Assembly: GCA_041739995.1 (NCBI GenBank)
Contig: JBGSMV010000042.1
Location: 32,001-96,000, forward strand
DNA length: 64,000 nt
Source of the DNA: Bdellovibrionota bacterium
Lineage (GTDB): Bacteria; Bdellovibrionota_C; UBA2361; JBGSMV01
Reading direction: 5' to 3'
The notes under the pieces were generated by a model. The model had not been told where the DNA came from and ran no database searches. It saw only the letters and a list, made by a program, of their open reading frames with translations. This document shows positions 48,790 to 58,196 of the stretch, piece by piece; the first letter of the stretch is position 1; the number at the start of each line of letters is the position of its first letter. The position numbers were made by a program, and so were the translations under genes.

Positions 48790-49974
48790 ATGATGCATAG
48801 TGTACTTGATAGATCTTCCGTCATTGGTGTGATTGGCGCCGGAACCATGGGAGCAGGGATTGCTCAACTTGCAGCGCAGCAGGGTCACCGCGTACTTTTG
48901 TTTGATGAGTCCAGCGACGCGCTGGTAAATGCTCGTACTTCTTTTGGTAAGATCTTTGCGCGCCTGGTAGAAAAGGGCATCCATACCACCCAGGAAGCAG
49001 AGGAAATTAAGAAGCGCATCTCATTCGCTGAGAACCTGAGAGGCTTTTCTCACTGCAAACTTGTAGTCGAAGCGGTAGTTGAAGATCTCTCAGTAAAGCA
49101 GGAGATTTTTAAACAACTCGAACGTCTCGTTAGTGAAGCCTGTATTTTAGCGACCAACACCTCTTCTCTCTCGGTCACTAGTTTGGCTACTTCGTGTGAA
49201 CGGCCCGGCAGAATTCTGGGGATTCACTTCTTCAACCCCGCACCAATCATGCAGCTGGTGGAGATTGTTCCGTGGCTACAGACCACAGAGGAGACACTAC
49301 TAGCGGCCACGCACCTTATTGGTGGCTGGGGTAAGAAGGCGGTTCGCGCAAAGGACACCCCTGGGTTCATAGTGAATCGAGTCGCGCGCCCTTTTTACGG
49401 CGAAGCACTGCGCATCTTTGATGAAGGGATGGCAGAGCCGGCAACGATTGATTGGGCCATGAAAGAGCTCGGCGGTTTCAAGATGGGGCCGTTTGAGTTG
49501 ATGGACTTAATCGGCAACGATGTAAATTTCAAGGTGAGTCAGACAGTCTTCGAAAGCTTCTTCTATGAGCCTCGTTTTCGGCCCTCTTTGGCCCAAAAGA
49601 AGCTGGTGGAAGCGGGCTTACTTGGGCGAAAGCGATCGCGTGGTTGGTATGACTATAGCTTGCATGCGCCCGTCCCTGTGCCCAACAAGGACAAGGAGTT
49701 AGGGGCGGCAATTTTTGAGCGAATTAGAGCGATGCTGATTAATGAGGCTTCAGAGGCGGTACAGCAAAAGGTAGCGAGCGTTGAGGACATTGATCTAGCG
49801 ATGACCACTGGAGTGAACTACCCAAAGGGACTTCTTAAGTGGTGCGATGAACTTGGTGCCGCCGTTGTGCTTAAGACTCTCAACAGCTTACAGACCGAAT
49901 ATGGAGAGGAGCGCTACCGCGCGTCACCACTGCTTCGTCGCATGGCGAAAGAGGGCACTACTTTCCATCGATAA
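48790..49974 (+). CDS. paaH: 3-hydroxyadipyl-CoA dehydrogenase
   Basis: 'GAGTMGAGIA', 'HFFNPAP', 'PGFIVNRVARPFY.EA', 'GVNYP.G'. Confidence 0.88.
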   Translation: MMHSVLDRSSVIGVIGAGTMGAGIAQLAAQQGHRVLLFDESSDALVNARTSFGKIFARLVEKGIHTTQEAEEIKKRISFAENLRGFSHCKLVVEAVVEDLSVKQEIFKQLERLVSEACILATNTSSLSVTSLATSCERPGRILGIHFFNPAPIMQLVEIVPWLQTTEETLLAATHLIGGWGKKAVRAKDTPGFIVNRVARPFYGEALRIFDEGMAEPATIDWAMKELGGFKMGPFELMDLIGNDVNFKVSQTVFESFFYEPRFRPSLAQKKLVEAGLLGRKRSRGWYDYSLHAPVPVPNKDKELGAAIFERIRAMLINEASEAVQQKVASVEDIDLAMTTGVNYPKGLLKWCDELGAAVVLKTLNSLQTEYGEERYRASPLLRRMAKEGTTFHR

Positions 49975-50026
49975 AGTCTTATTGATAGTCACTAAGTAGT
50001 TTAGCAATGCTTTGTGGGAGATTGGA

Positions 50027-50458
50027 GTGAGTACGGAAGCCGAAAACGAACGAGCCCGGCAGATTGTGCAGCACATGGTGGACCATGATGGGTTTAGCCG
50101 CTGGCTTGGAATCTCCATTGATGAAATTGCCCCGGGCCGCGCGACACTTCGCATGACGGTACGTGCAGAAATGCTGAACGGCTTCGGTACTGCCCATGGC
50201 GGCATTCAATATTCTTTCGCTGATAGCGCCTTGGCGTTTGCCTCCAATGGGCGTGGGAAAAAGGCAGTCGCCTTGCAGAATGTAATCTCTTATCCGGCTC
50301 CGGTGCATGCGGGGGATGAACTCACTGCGGTGGCCGAAGAAGTTTCGTTGGGAAACACTGTGGCAACCTACGACGTAAAAATTACCAATCATAATAACCG
50401 AGTGGTCGCCTTGTTTCGCGGCTCGGTGTTCCGTTTACAAGAGGAGTGGTCCGTATGA
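50027..50458 (+). CDS. paaI: Phenylacetyl-CoA thioesterase (hotdog fold)
   Basis: 'D.FS.WLG', 'MLNGFGTAHGG..YSFADSALAFASN'; GTG start 50027 inferred. Confidence 0.88.
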   Translation: MSTEAENERARQIVQHMVDHDGFSRWLGISIDEIAPGRATLRMTVRAEMLNGFGTAHGGIQYSFADSALAFASNGRGKKAVALQNVISYPAPVHAGDELTAVAEEVSLGNTVATYDVKITNHNNRVVALFRGSVFRLQEEWSV

Positions 50459-51663
50459 AATCAGCATTCATCGTCGATGGGGTAAGAAGTGCTATCGGCA
50501 GTTTCGGCGGGAGTCTGTCGGCGATTAGAGCAGACGATCTTGCCGCTACGGTAATTCAACAATTAGTCGCGCGGCATCCTGGAATCAATCCAGCTTCGAT
50601 TGAAGACGTAATTCTCGGGTGCGCGAATCAAGCAGGCGAGGATAACAGAAACGTGGCGCGTATGGCGGCTTTGCTGGCCGGGTTGCCAGAGAGTGTACCT
50701 GGACAAACAGTCAATCGCCTTTGTGCCTCAGGTCTTAGTGCGGTGGTCGAAGCTTCTCGAGCGATTGAAGTGGGAGAGGGCGATGTTTTTATTGCAGGCG
50801 GAGTGGAGCATATGACCCGCGCCCCGTACGTCCTCTCTAAGTCAGAGACTGCTTTCTCTCGCGGCATGGAGTTGTTTGATACCAGCATTGGTTGGCGCTT
50901 TGTGAATCCGCAAATGAAGGAGCGCTTTGGTACGGATTCGATGGGGGAGACGGCAGAGAACGTGGCTGCCCAGTGCAAAATTTCGCGAGACGACCAGGAC
51001 AGATTTGCGGTGTGGTCTCAGGAGAAAGCGCTTATTGCTAGGGAGAAAGGGCGCTTTGAGCCAGAAATTGTTCCTGTCGCAGTTCCGCAAGGAAAGAGGG
51101 AGCCGCCAAAGCATTTTCAGCAAGACGAGTTTATCCGTCCTGGAACCACGCTCGAAACACTTGCGAAGTTGAGGCCTGCGTTTCGAAAAGATGGCAGTGT
51201 CACTGCTGGTAATGCATCTGGCATCAACGACGGCGCGTGTGCGCTGTTGTTGGCGAACGAAGAGGGCATGAAGGCTCAAGGATTAAAGCCGCGTGGAAGG
51301 ATAGTGGCTTCAGCTGCCGTAGGATTAGCCCCTCGTATTATGGGGCTTGGTCCGGTGGAGGCAACCAGGCGAGTACTAAAGCGAGCCGGACTGTCGCTCG
51401 ATGATGTGCAGGTGATTGAATTGAATGAAGCCTTTGCGGCGCAGAGCCTGGCGTGCGTGCGCGAGCTTGGATTGAAGGACGCGGACCCGCGCATTAATCC
51501 CAATGGTGGTGCGATAGCGCTGGGGCATCCGCTCGGCATGTCAGGAGCACGTCTTGTGCTTACCGCCTTGCATGAGCTTGAGTTGCAGCGCGGAAAGTAT
51601 GCGCTCTGCACCATGTGTGTAGGCGTGGGGCAGGGGATGGCCGCCATCATCGAGCGCGTGTGA
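50455..51663 (+). CDS. paaJ: 3-oxoadipyl-CoA thiolase (PaaJ/PcaF)
   Basis: 'GCANQAGEDNRNVARM', 'NRLCASG', 'NEAFA', 'GHPLG', 'CVGVGQG'. Confidence 0.92.
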   Translation: MKSAFIVDGVRSAIGSFGGSLSAIRADDLAATVIQQLVARHPGINPASIEDVILGCANQAGEDNRNVARMAALLAGLPESVPGQTVNRLCASGLSAVVEASRAIEVGEGDVFIAGGVEHMTRAPYVLSKSETAFSRGMELFDTSIGWRFVNPQMKERFGTDSMGETAENVAAQCKISRDDQDRFAVWSQEKALIAREKGRFEPEIVPVAVPQGKREPPKHFQQDEFIRPGTTLETLAKLRPAFRKDGSVTAGNASGINDGACALLLANEEGMKAQGLKPRGRIVASAAVGLAPRIMGLGPVEATRRVLKRAGLSLDDVQVIELNEAFAAQSLACVRELGLKDADPRINPNGGAIALGHPLGMSGARLVLTALHELELQRGKYALCTMCVGVGQGMAAIIERV

Positions 51664-51677
51664 GTGAGGAGACTTTG

Positions 51678-52301
51678 ATGAGCGCTAATGTTTTTTCATT
51701 TGAAGGAGTAGTCCCCGTTGTTCACCCGAGTGCATTTGTTCACCCGAATGCAACGGTCACAGGTGATGTAATTATCGGTCGTGACGTTTACATCGGACCA
51801 GGGGCGGCGATTCGCGGAGATTGGGGCAGGATCGTTATTGAGGACGGTTGCAACGTTCAGGAGAACTGTACCATTCATATGTTCCCGGGAGTGACCGTCA
51901 CTTTAGAAGCGGGTGCCCACATCGGTCACGGAGCGGTGGTGCACGGGGCACGAATTGGTCGTAATGCTCTAATCGGCATGAATGCGGTGATCATGGATGA
52001 AGTTGAGATTGGGCCCGAGTGCATCGTTGGGGCGCTGTGCTTCGTTCCCGCACAAATGAAAATTCCAGCCAGAAAGGTCGTGGTAGGCAATCCTGCCAAA
52101 GTAGTTAAGGACGTGAGTGAAGAGCAGCTGACCTGGAAGACCGCGGGCACAAAAATTTACCAAGGGCTTCCGTCCGCATGTGCCGAGACTCTCCGTGCCT
52201 GCGAGCCATTGAGGGAGCTAAGTCCTGAGCGGGAAGCGACCCGTACCCGACTGGTGAGCGCTACGATGCAGCCCTGGAGGAAAACGACTGAGGGGGCGTA
52301 G
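51678..52301 (+). CDS. paaY: PaaY-like hexapeptide-repeat (gamma-carbonic-anhydrase-like) protein
   Basis: 'PVVHPSAFVHP', 'RGDWG', 'NVQENC..H.FP', 'IGHGA..HG'; GAGGAG RBS before 51678. Confidence 0.87.
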   Translation: MSANVFSFEGVVPVVHPSAFVHPNATVTGDVIIGRDVYIGPGAAIRGDWGRIVIEDGCNVQENCTIHMFPGVTVTLEAGAHIGHGAVVHGARIGRNALIGMNAVIMDEVEIGPECIVGALCFVPAQMKIPARKVVVGNPAKVVKDVSEEQLTWKTAGTKIYQGLPSACAETLRACEPLRELSPEREATRTRLVSATMQPWRKTTEGA

Positions 52302-52461
52302 CTCCTTTGGGTGTTTGGTGGGCTTGCGCGGCAGTTGTCCCAGCCCTTGTCCTACTCTAACCCACATAAGTTATTTGTGATTTTGCAATATTGGGCAACC
52401 TCCTTAGTTGGGCTGGAGTAGCGGTCCCCGTGGCGGTACCCTGCTCGACCCTATGTTGAAC

Positions 52462-53757
52462 ATGAATCGCTCCCCTGAACGGCGGGCTTGTGCCGTTTCC
52501 CTCGCAATCTCAGCCGCCTTCTTCTCCGGGTGCAACTCTGTTGATAAGACCTCAACCGAGCCAACCGGGTCATCTGGAGCAGTAACGGCTGCGCCCTCGC
52601 TCGAAGACTTACTTCAAGATACTGCTGCGTTACGGGCGCGCGCCGCGTCGTGGTGCCCCCAGAGCGCAGAGCAGCTCTCACAGATTTCTGCACGAGAGCA
52701 TATTTTAAATGCGGTCGCGGTCTCGCACTTTCGCCCTAACAAATCAGAGAGCGATCTTGAGTCGTTGCGCCAGGGGCTCGTGATGGCAGGAATGACTCCA
52801 GTAGACAGATACGAGCGTTCGCTGATTGATTTGTATTCGGTATTGCCGGAAGTGCCATTTGGATTTGGGATGGTATTTGGCCCTGACCCTGTGCGTCTGA
52901 TTACCATTAAGAACTCCCTCCAGGAGTCTTCGCGGGACTCCGTGCTTGCATCGGACCGATTCTATCCGCTTGAGACACGAGTGCTCGGCGATCGTCTTGA
53001 TAAAATGTTACGTGGAGTGAAGTCGGAGCGCGAACTGCAAGAGGCAGAAGCCATCTTTTCAAACTTCAAAGCCTCGCCCCTTTTTGAGGCAATTTTCACG
53101 CGTGAAGCGGCGCCCACTGAAGTGGAAAGGCGTGCTCGGGTAGCGTTGGCGCAGATTGTTACCGAGATGACTAAGGAACTCCGCGAGCTTGGAGGGGTGG
53201 GTGGACGTAGCTCCGTCTCAGCCGAACAGCTCTTCCCCGCAATGCGCAATTATCTCTGTCAAAGTTTTGGTGTGACTGACGCCGTGCAACCATCAATTGT
53301 GGCCGGCCTTGCAACAAAACTCTTCGACTGTGATGTCTATACGCTCGTAGCTTGTGAATTCGGAAAGCAGGTGGGCCTGCCAATTGAAGCCATATATCTT
53401 TTCGATCCGAGCAAGTCTCAGCCGGTCGGGCACTGCCTTCCGACGGCGCTCCTGCGATCAGGAAACCAGACTAGGTATGTCGCTTACGAAATGAGAGAGC
53501 CGATTGAGCGCTTACCTGACGGCACCGAGCGGCGTCTCTATCGCGGGTTTGAAGAGATGAAGACGCGGGTGAACACCTTGGCGGGCGAAGAACTCTTGGG
53601 CGGCTCGACTATTGCGTGCCTTCTTACTGATCGGGGCAAAGTGATGCTTGTTAATCCCTACGGAACTCGCGAGATGATCAGCCTTTCATCAAGCGACATG
53701 CGGATTTTGTTTGGGTCGGTGGCGAATGCTCAAGAGCGTGCTGAGTTAGGAAAATAG
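52462..53757 (+). CDS. Hypothetical lipoprotein with possible transglutaminase-like Cys/His motif
   Basis: Lipobox-like FSGC; 'FDCDVY...G.P.......GHC'; start uncertain (ORF open from 52408). Confidence 0.6.
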   Translation: MNRSPERRACAVSLAISAAFFSGCNSVDKTSTEPTGSSGAVTAAPSLEDLLQDTAALRARAASWCPQSAEQLSQISAREHILNAVAVSHFRPNKSESDLESLRQGLVMAGMTPVDRYERSLIDLYSVLPEVPFGFGMVFGPDPVRLITIKNSLQESSRDSVLASDRFYPLETRVLGDRLDKMLRGVKSERELQEAEAIFSNFKASPLFEAIFTREAAPTEVERRARVALAQIVTEMTKELRELGGVGGRSSVSAEQLFPAMRNYLCQSFGVTDAVQPSIVAGLATKLFDCDVYTLVACEFGKQVGLPIEAIYLFDPSKSQPVGHCLPTALLRSGNQTRYVAYEMREPIERLPDGTERRLYRGFEEMKTRVNTLAGEELLGGSTIACLLTDRGKVMLVNPYGTREMISLSSSDMRILFGSVANAQERAELGK

Positions 53758-53814
53758 TAAGCTGATTAACATCAGTAAAGTGCCACTGAGCTTCGCTGTG
53801 ATTGAGGGCTGCCG

Positions 53815-54357
53815 TTAAGGTTTAAGATACTCATAGCCCGATGGAGGTGCCCATCCATAGGGAAGCGAGTGCCACTTCTCTACATAGGCGACGGTTTCCT
53901 GGAGTTGACTGAGCGACAAGTGCTGATGACCGCACCAAGTGTTAATTGCCATCAGATCCAGGTCAGAGACGCCTAATAGAACTAACTCCTTTCTCTCTGC
54001 AACATCTAAGCAGAGTTGGCGATGATGTGAGACGGCCTGTTCATAGCGCTCACCAATCGCTGGAATGACTAAGAGAAATCCATATTTGCCCACGTTCTCT
54101 TTGCGAATTTTCTCAAACTGCTCTAGCAGGCTTTGCACTGAATCAAGATTAGACAAGGTCGCTTCGCGTTCAGGGGCCAAAGTGGCGCGGGTTTCGGGCG
54201 GGACGCTAAAAAAGTGGAGGTCCGGCGCGGTTTGACATCCAGACAGAAAGCTCGTCGAAACAATTAGAGCTGCGAGAGTTGGGTGGGCGCAGGAATGACC
54301 CTTTGGTGGTGTAGGTTGATGAGTCTCAGCGGCGTGCGAAACAGCAGTCACGGCCAT
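53815..54357 (-). CDS. Hypothetical protein, possible lipoprotein
   Basis: Hydrophobic stretch ending LSGC; GAGG before ATG. Confidence 0.55.
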   Translation of the reverse strand: MAVTAVSHAAETHQPTPPKGHSCAHPTLAALIVSTSFLSGCQTAPDLHFFSVPPETRATLAPEREATLSNLDSVQSLLEQFEKIRKENVGKYGFLLVIPAIGERYEQAVSHHRQLCLDVAERKELVLLGVSDLDLMAINTWCGHQHLSLSQLQETVAYVEKWHSLPYGWAPPSGYEYLKP

Positions 54358-54439
54358 ACCTCGCTTTTAGCATGTACCCACATCCGAACCAGATGATTTT
54401 ATTTCGTGGTTTGTGTCCTGGGGCCAGGCTTCCTTTTAG

Positions 54440-54769
54440 CCTTGGAAGGCGGCGGCTATAGACTTCACGGGGGTCGAGAATATTGCGCGAAGCCCAGCAG
54501 CTCTCGAAGCTCTTCGTAATCGGGTTGAACAGCTTTCCCTTTTTCAGGGTACCGTTGGCGCTACGCAGAGTCGACTCACCGCTGCGATGGAGGTAGCAAG
54601 GGCCTCCGGCGAGAACACGAAATCGGCTGAATCGCGTATTCGCGATACCGACGTTGCAGCAGATGCTACAAGCCTCACCGCAGGCCAGATTCAACAATCG
54701 GTAGCGACTTCTGTCCTCGCCCAAGCCAATCAGCAAACACGAATCGCACTTGAACTTTTACGCTTCTAG
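54440..54769 (+). pseudogene. Flagellin C-terminal fragment (no N-terminal domain)
   Basis: Frame open from 54440 (stop at 54437): 'ALEALRNRVEQLSLFQGTVGATQSRL...AESRIRDTDVA.....L....I.Q....SVLAQANQ'. Confidence 0.85.
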
Positions 54770-54972
54770 ATTGAATCGTTCGAACTGCCCCGGCTTCTTG
54801 GTGGCGCAAATAAGTGATGCACCTTTGCATGAAATCGTAGCCTTGGTGCCTGTGTTTCTGGCACGGCAACTTTTCATAAGGTGAGAACGAGGCTCTAATC
54901 CGCAGATATTATGCCATGGGGCGAGTTGGGGTATTCCAAAGTATGCACAGTTGGCCTTTCACTGACGACCCA

Positions 54973-56841
54973 CTACTCGGTCTGTCTAAGTAGGAGCAGG
55001 GTGAGACTAGGCTGTTGATTTGCCTGTGCCAGGACAGCGGAAGAAGCTTGCTGAAGAATGTTTAATCGCACAAGAGTAGCACTTTCTTGGGCTATATCGG
55101 CATCCCGGATTCGCGAATCCGCTGTTTCGAACTCAGTAGTTTGGGCGCTGAGCAGCGATGCGGCGGTTTCTAATCGACTCAATGTTGCCCCAATTTTTCC
55201 TCGAAGCGTGGTTACCGATAAAATATTTGATTGTAGGGTCTCAAGAGCTTCTCGTGCGCTGTCCTGCGACGAAATAACAAGCGAGCCAAGACCAGATAGG
55301 GTGCGCCTAATCGACTCAAGGGCGCCAGAAATTGAGCCACTTGCACCACTGCCAACCTCAAAGTTGTAGCTCCTCTCCCCCGGGGTCATGTCGAAACGCT
55401 CGAGCTGGCCCGCGCGTACGCTCGAGACATATCGCCCATCAGCAGAGATTCCCTGAGTGCTCGCGGGCCCCAACGTTTGCGACTGGAAATTAGTAACCTG
55501 CCTCAGCCCCTCACCTTCAAATTCGAAACTGAACAGCTGCCGGAATCCTTGAGAATTTTCTCCGGTAACATTGCCCGCTGAAGTGAAGTAGATAGCATCA
55601 AGTCGAGCGTTAGCTTTGACACGGTCGAAATTTAAGTTTGAAGTAAAGCTAGTGAGTTGGCGCACACTGTTATCGGCACCTACTTTGAAAAATTGTGCGA
55701 GTGTGCCGCCATTATCACCGCTGATGTTGCGGTTGCTGAGCAGTAAGAGCTCCCCGCTATTATTGATTCCGAGGAGAGTGAATAGGTCAGAGCCGACACC
55801 CGTTGTGTTCGTGCGCTTCTCAAGGTCTGAAACGCTCTCACCCGAGAAACTAAACGAGAATATTTCATTTTGGCTTAAGGTCGAATCATCTATTTTCGAA
55901 GTACTGACCGCGATACGGGAGCCATCTTCACTGACCGACAGAAAGCTGCTTAAAACCTGGATTCCATTAGTCCAAAGTAGCCCGCTCGCTACGTCCATGA
56001 CGTAGAGTTGGCCACCGGTAATACCCGAGGCTGAAGTGACATCCGCGCCGTTGGCGTAATTTGTTTCAGAAATAAAGGCTATGGTCGACCCATCGGCTGA
56101 GACCGCGAATCCCAGTAGGGAACCAGAGGTCACCTCGTTTGTTATTTGCGAGATCAGTCCAGTTGAGAAGCTGGCGCGCCGAATTTGCCCATCACCAAAA
56201 CCGCCACCTGCCTCCTGGTAGACGACATCGCCGGTGTCGAGTACGGTAGCGTTGCTCACTTGGCCGTCGCTGGTGGTGAATACTTTAACCGAATTGGTCA
56301 GGCTATCGTATACTCGAAGTTCAGTGACTCCAAAGGCCGCGGTGAATCGGCCATTATTCGAATTTCGCGTTCCATTAGCCGAGAATGTTGCGAGCGTGGT
56401 GGCCGATGGCGTCACCTTGCTGCCTTCATTTAGGTTCAATCGGTTGAATGAAGTTGATCCCGCAATGCGTCGAATATCTTTGTCGAGCTGGGTATACTCG
56501 GTGTCAAGGGTACGTCTTTGTTCCTTGCTGAATACTCCGTTCGCCGCTTGCTGAGCAAGCTCCGTCATGCGTGTCAGGAGGCTTGAAACTTGAGCAAGGG
56601 CGCTGTCGGCGATTGAGAAGAGAGAGACCGCATCACCCACATTCATTGAAGCGCGACGCAAAACCCTGGTCTTGGCCGAAAGGGAGGTAGCAACGCTTAG
56701 GCCAGCGGCATCATCGGACGGTCTGTTGATCCTTTGCCCGCTTGAGAGGCGCTCGAATACTCGGCCGAGCTCATCGCTTACGGTACTCAGCTGTCGCTGT
56801 GCCTTAAGAGCTCCGATATTTGATCCGATCCTGATCGCCAT
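54973..56841 (-). CDS. fliC: Flagellin with beta-propeller-like hypervariable domain
   Basis: N: 'ERLSSGQRINRPSDDAAGL'; C: 'RGKIGA..SRL...SRIRDADIA.E.......ILQQA...VLAQANQ'; central PD40/TolB-like repeats. Confidence 0.93.
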   Translation of the reverse strand: MAIRIGSNIGALKAQRQLSTVSDELGRVFERLSSGQRINRPSDDAAGLSVATSLSAKTRVLRRASMNVGDAVSLFSIADSALAQVSSLLTRMTELAQQAANGVFSKEQRRTLDTEYTQLDKDIRRIAGSTSFNRLNLNEGSKVTPSATTLATFSANGTRNSNNGRFTAAFGVTELRVYDSLTNSVKVFTTSDGQVSNATVLDTGDVVYQEAGGGFGDGQIRRASFSTGLISQITNEVTSGSLLGFAVSADGSTIAFISETNYANGADVTSASGITGGQLYVMDVASGLLWTNGIQVLSSFLSVSEDGSRIAVSTSKIDDSTLSQNEIFSFSFSGESVSDLEKRTNTTGVGSDLFTLLGINNSGELLLLSNRNISGDNGGTLAQFFKVGADNSVRQLTSFTSNLNFDRVKANARLDAIYFTSAGNVTGENSQGFRQLFSFEFEGEGLRQVTNFQSQTLGPASTQGISADGRYVSSVRAGQLERFDMTPGERSYNFEVGSGASGSISGALESIRRTLSGLGSLVISSQDSAREALETLQSNILSVTTLRGKIGATLSRLETAASLLSAQTTEFETADSRIRDADIAQESATLVRLNILQQASSAVLAQANQQPSLTLLLLRQTE

Positions 56842-56856
56842 TTATCGCCTAAGTGC

Positions 56857-56903
56857 CATCCGTGCGTAGGCAGTATCCGCAAACGAATCGCGCACACTCC
56901 CTG
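56857..56903 (-). promoter_or_regulatory. Putative CsrA-binding GGA motifs in the flagellin leader
   Basis: Minus strand CAGGGAGTG, GCGGATA, CACGGATG within the 5' UTR. Confidence 0.45.
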
Positions 56904-56909
56904 TAAGAA

Positions 56910-56936
56910 GGATCGGGGGACTCGCCCGGCGACTTA
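56910..56936 (-). promoter_or_regulatory. Putative sigma28 promoter of flagellin
   Basis: Minus strand TAAG-N15-CCCGATCC vs consensus TAAA-N15-GCCGATAA. Confidence 0.7.
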
Positions 56937-57413
56937 ATAATCTGCGGCGATTTTGAGGAGTTAGGCCAGGTCCCCAGCGTTTTCAGCACGGATCAAGCAA
57001 GCTTCAGGAGCTAAGCGAGATCTCTTGAGAAAAACTCCTAAAAACAGGCCAAATTCCGCTCTGGCCCGGGAGCTGCTTATTGTTTCTTCTCCGAGATCTT
57101 CTTAACCCTATTAACCTTAGGAGCCCCCAAACGACATACGCTTGGTCCCGGGCACCGAACAAACCGGATTGATCCGCTAATCATGTCCCAGGCCTTCATC
57201 GAGCGCTGCGGGAAGTAGCCAGTGCGGAATCAGCCCGCCAGCTGCTTAGCGGGTTGGGCATACCGGTGGCGGGGGATCGCGCTGCAATGTAGGTGCAGTA
57301 GCTTTTCCTAGGATTGTCGGTTTCATATCGCTACCTAACCAAGCGAATTAATACAAAAATTTGACTGATCAAGGGCTATAGGCTTAAAGCTGTTGGTGTC
57401 TGCAGTTGAATTA

Positions 57414-57429
57414 GTATATACGTATATAC
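57414..57429. promoter_or_regulatory. Perfect 16-bp palindrome GTATATACGTATATAC, candidate autoregulatory operator
   Basis: Abuts the ATG at 57430 of the nucleotidyltransferase/RHH pair. Confidence 0.7.
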
Positions 57430-57906
57430 ATGAGCTCGTTTCTTCTTGAGGTATGCCGCGCTCTCAGCCAGGCGAGTGTTACTTATGCCATAGCGGGAGG
57501 CGTGGCGGTGGCATTGCATGGTGCCGTGCGCGGAACGGTTGACCTTGATCTTGTGGTTACACTCGATGAGCAAAATCTTACGCGACTTGAGCAAGCGCTT
57601 CATCGACTTGGACTCGTTTCGCGTATTCCCATAAACGCAAAGGAGCTCGCGCAATTTCGCCTCGAATTTATTGAGAAGCGAAACCTTGAGGCCTGGAGTT
57701 TCGTGGACCCCAGCAACCCACGAAAGCTAGTGGACATCATTGTCACAGAAGATCTCTCTAAGCTCAAAACTGATTTAGTCGACGTCGGCGGTTTTACTTT
57801 GCCCGTGTTGAGTAGGAACTCTTTGATTGCGATGAAGTCAAGAAGCGGGCGCCCGCAAGATTTAGCGGATATAAAAATGCTAGAGAAGCTAAGAAAGAAT
57901 GACTAA
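57430..57906 (+). CDS. Small nucleotidyltransferase-fold protein (DUF6036/AbiEii-like)
   Basis: 'GGVAV.LHG..R.T.DLD', 'VDI', C-terminal 'LIAMK..SGRPQD.AD'. Confidence 0.85.
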   Translation: MSSFLLEVCRALSQASVTYAIAGGVAVALHGAVRGTVDLDLVVTLDEQNLTRLEQALHRLGLVSRIPINAKELAQFRLEFIEKRNLEAWSFVDPSNPRKLVDIIVTEDLSKLKTDLVDVGGFTLPVLSRNSLIAMKSRSGRPQDLADIKMLEKLRKND

Positions 57907-58180
57907 CGATGAACAGCCGAAGCGCGCGGTACAGTTTTTAGATGACCAGCAATTGGCGCATGCGCAAACACTTACTAAAGCTCAAGTGTTGGAGTTCTTA
58001 GAAGACTTCCGTTTGCTATTTGCGGCGCCGCTGCCCCAGGCCGGTTCTAGTACGGCGGTGAGTATTCGCGTCCCTGATGATCTTCGTAGAGCGTTTAGGC
58101 ACAAATGCGATCGCGATGGAGTTCCGTATCAGTCGATGGTGAAAACGTTAATGAGGCGTTGGTTGGCTGGCGAGGCTTAG
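57899..58180 (+). CDS. CopG/BrnA-like ribbon-helix-helix antitoxin-type protein
   Basis: 'VSIRVPDDL..AF......GVPYQS.VK.L'; overlaps the upstream gene by 8 nt. Confidence 0.8.
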   Translation: MTNDEQPKRAVQFLDDQQLAHAQTLTKAQVLEFLEDFRLLFAAPLPQAGSSTAVSIRVPDDLRRAFRHKCDRDGVPYQSMVKTLMRRWLAGEA

Positions 58181-58196
58181 TAAACCCATAACGCTT

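Noticed and set aside
54859..54876. Sigma54 promoter (TGGCACG)
   Set aside because: No GC at the -12 position, and it lies between convergent gene ends
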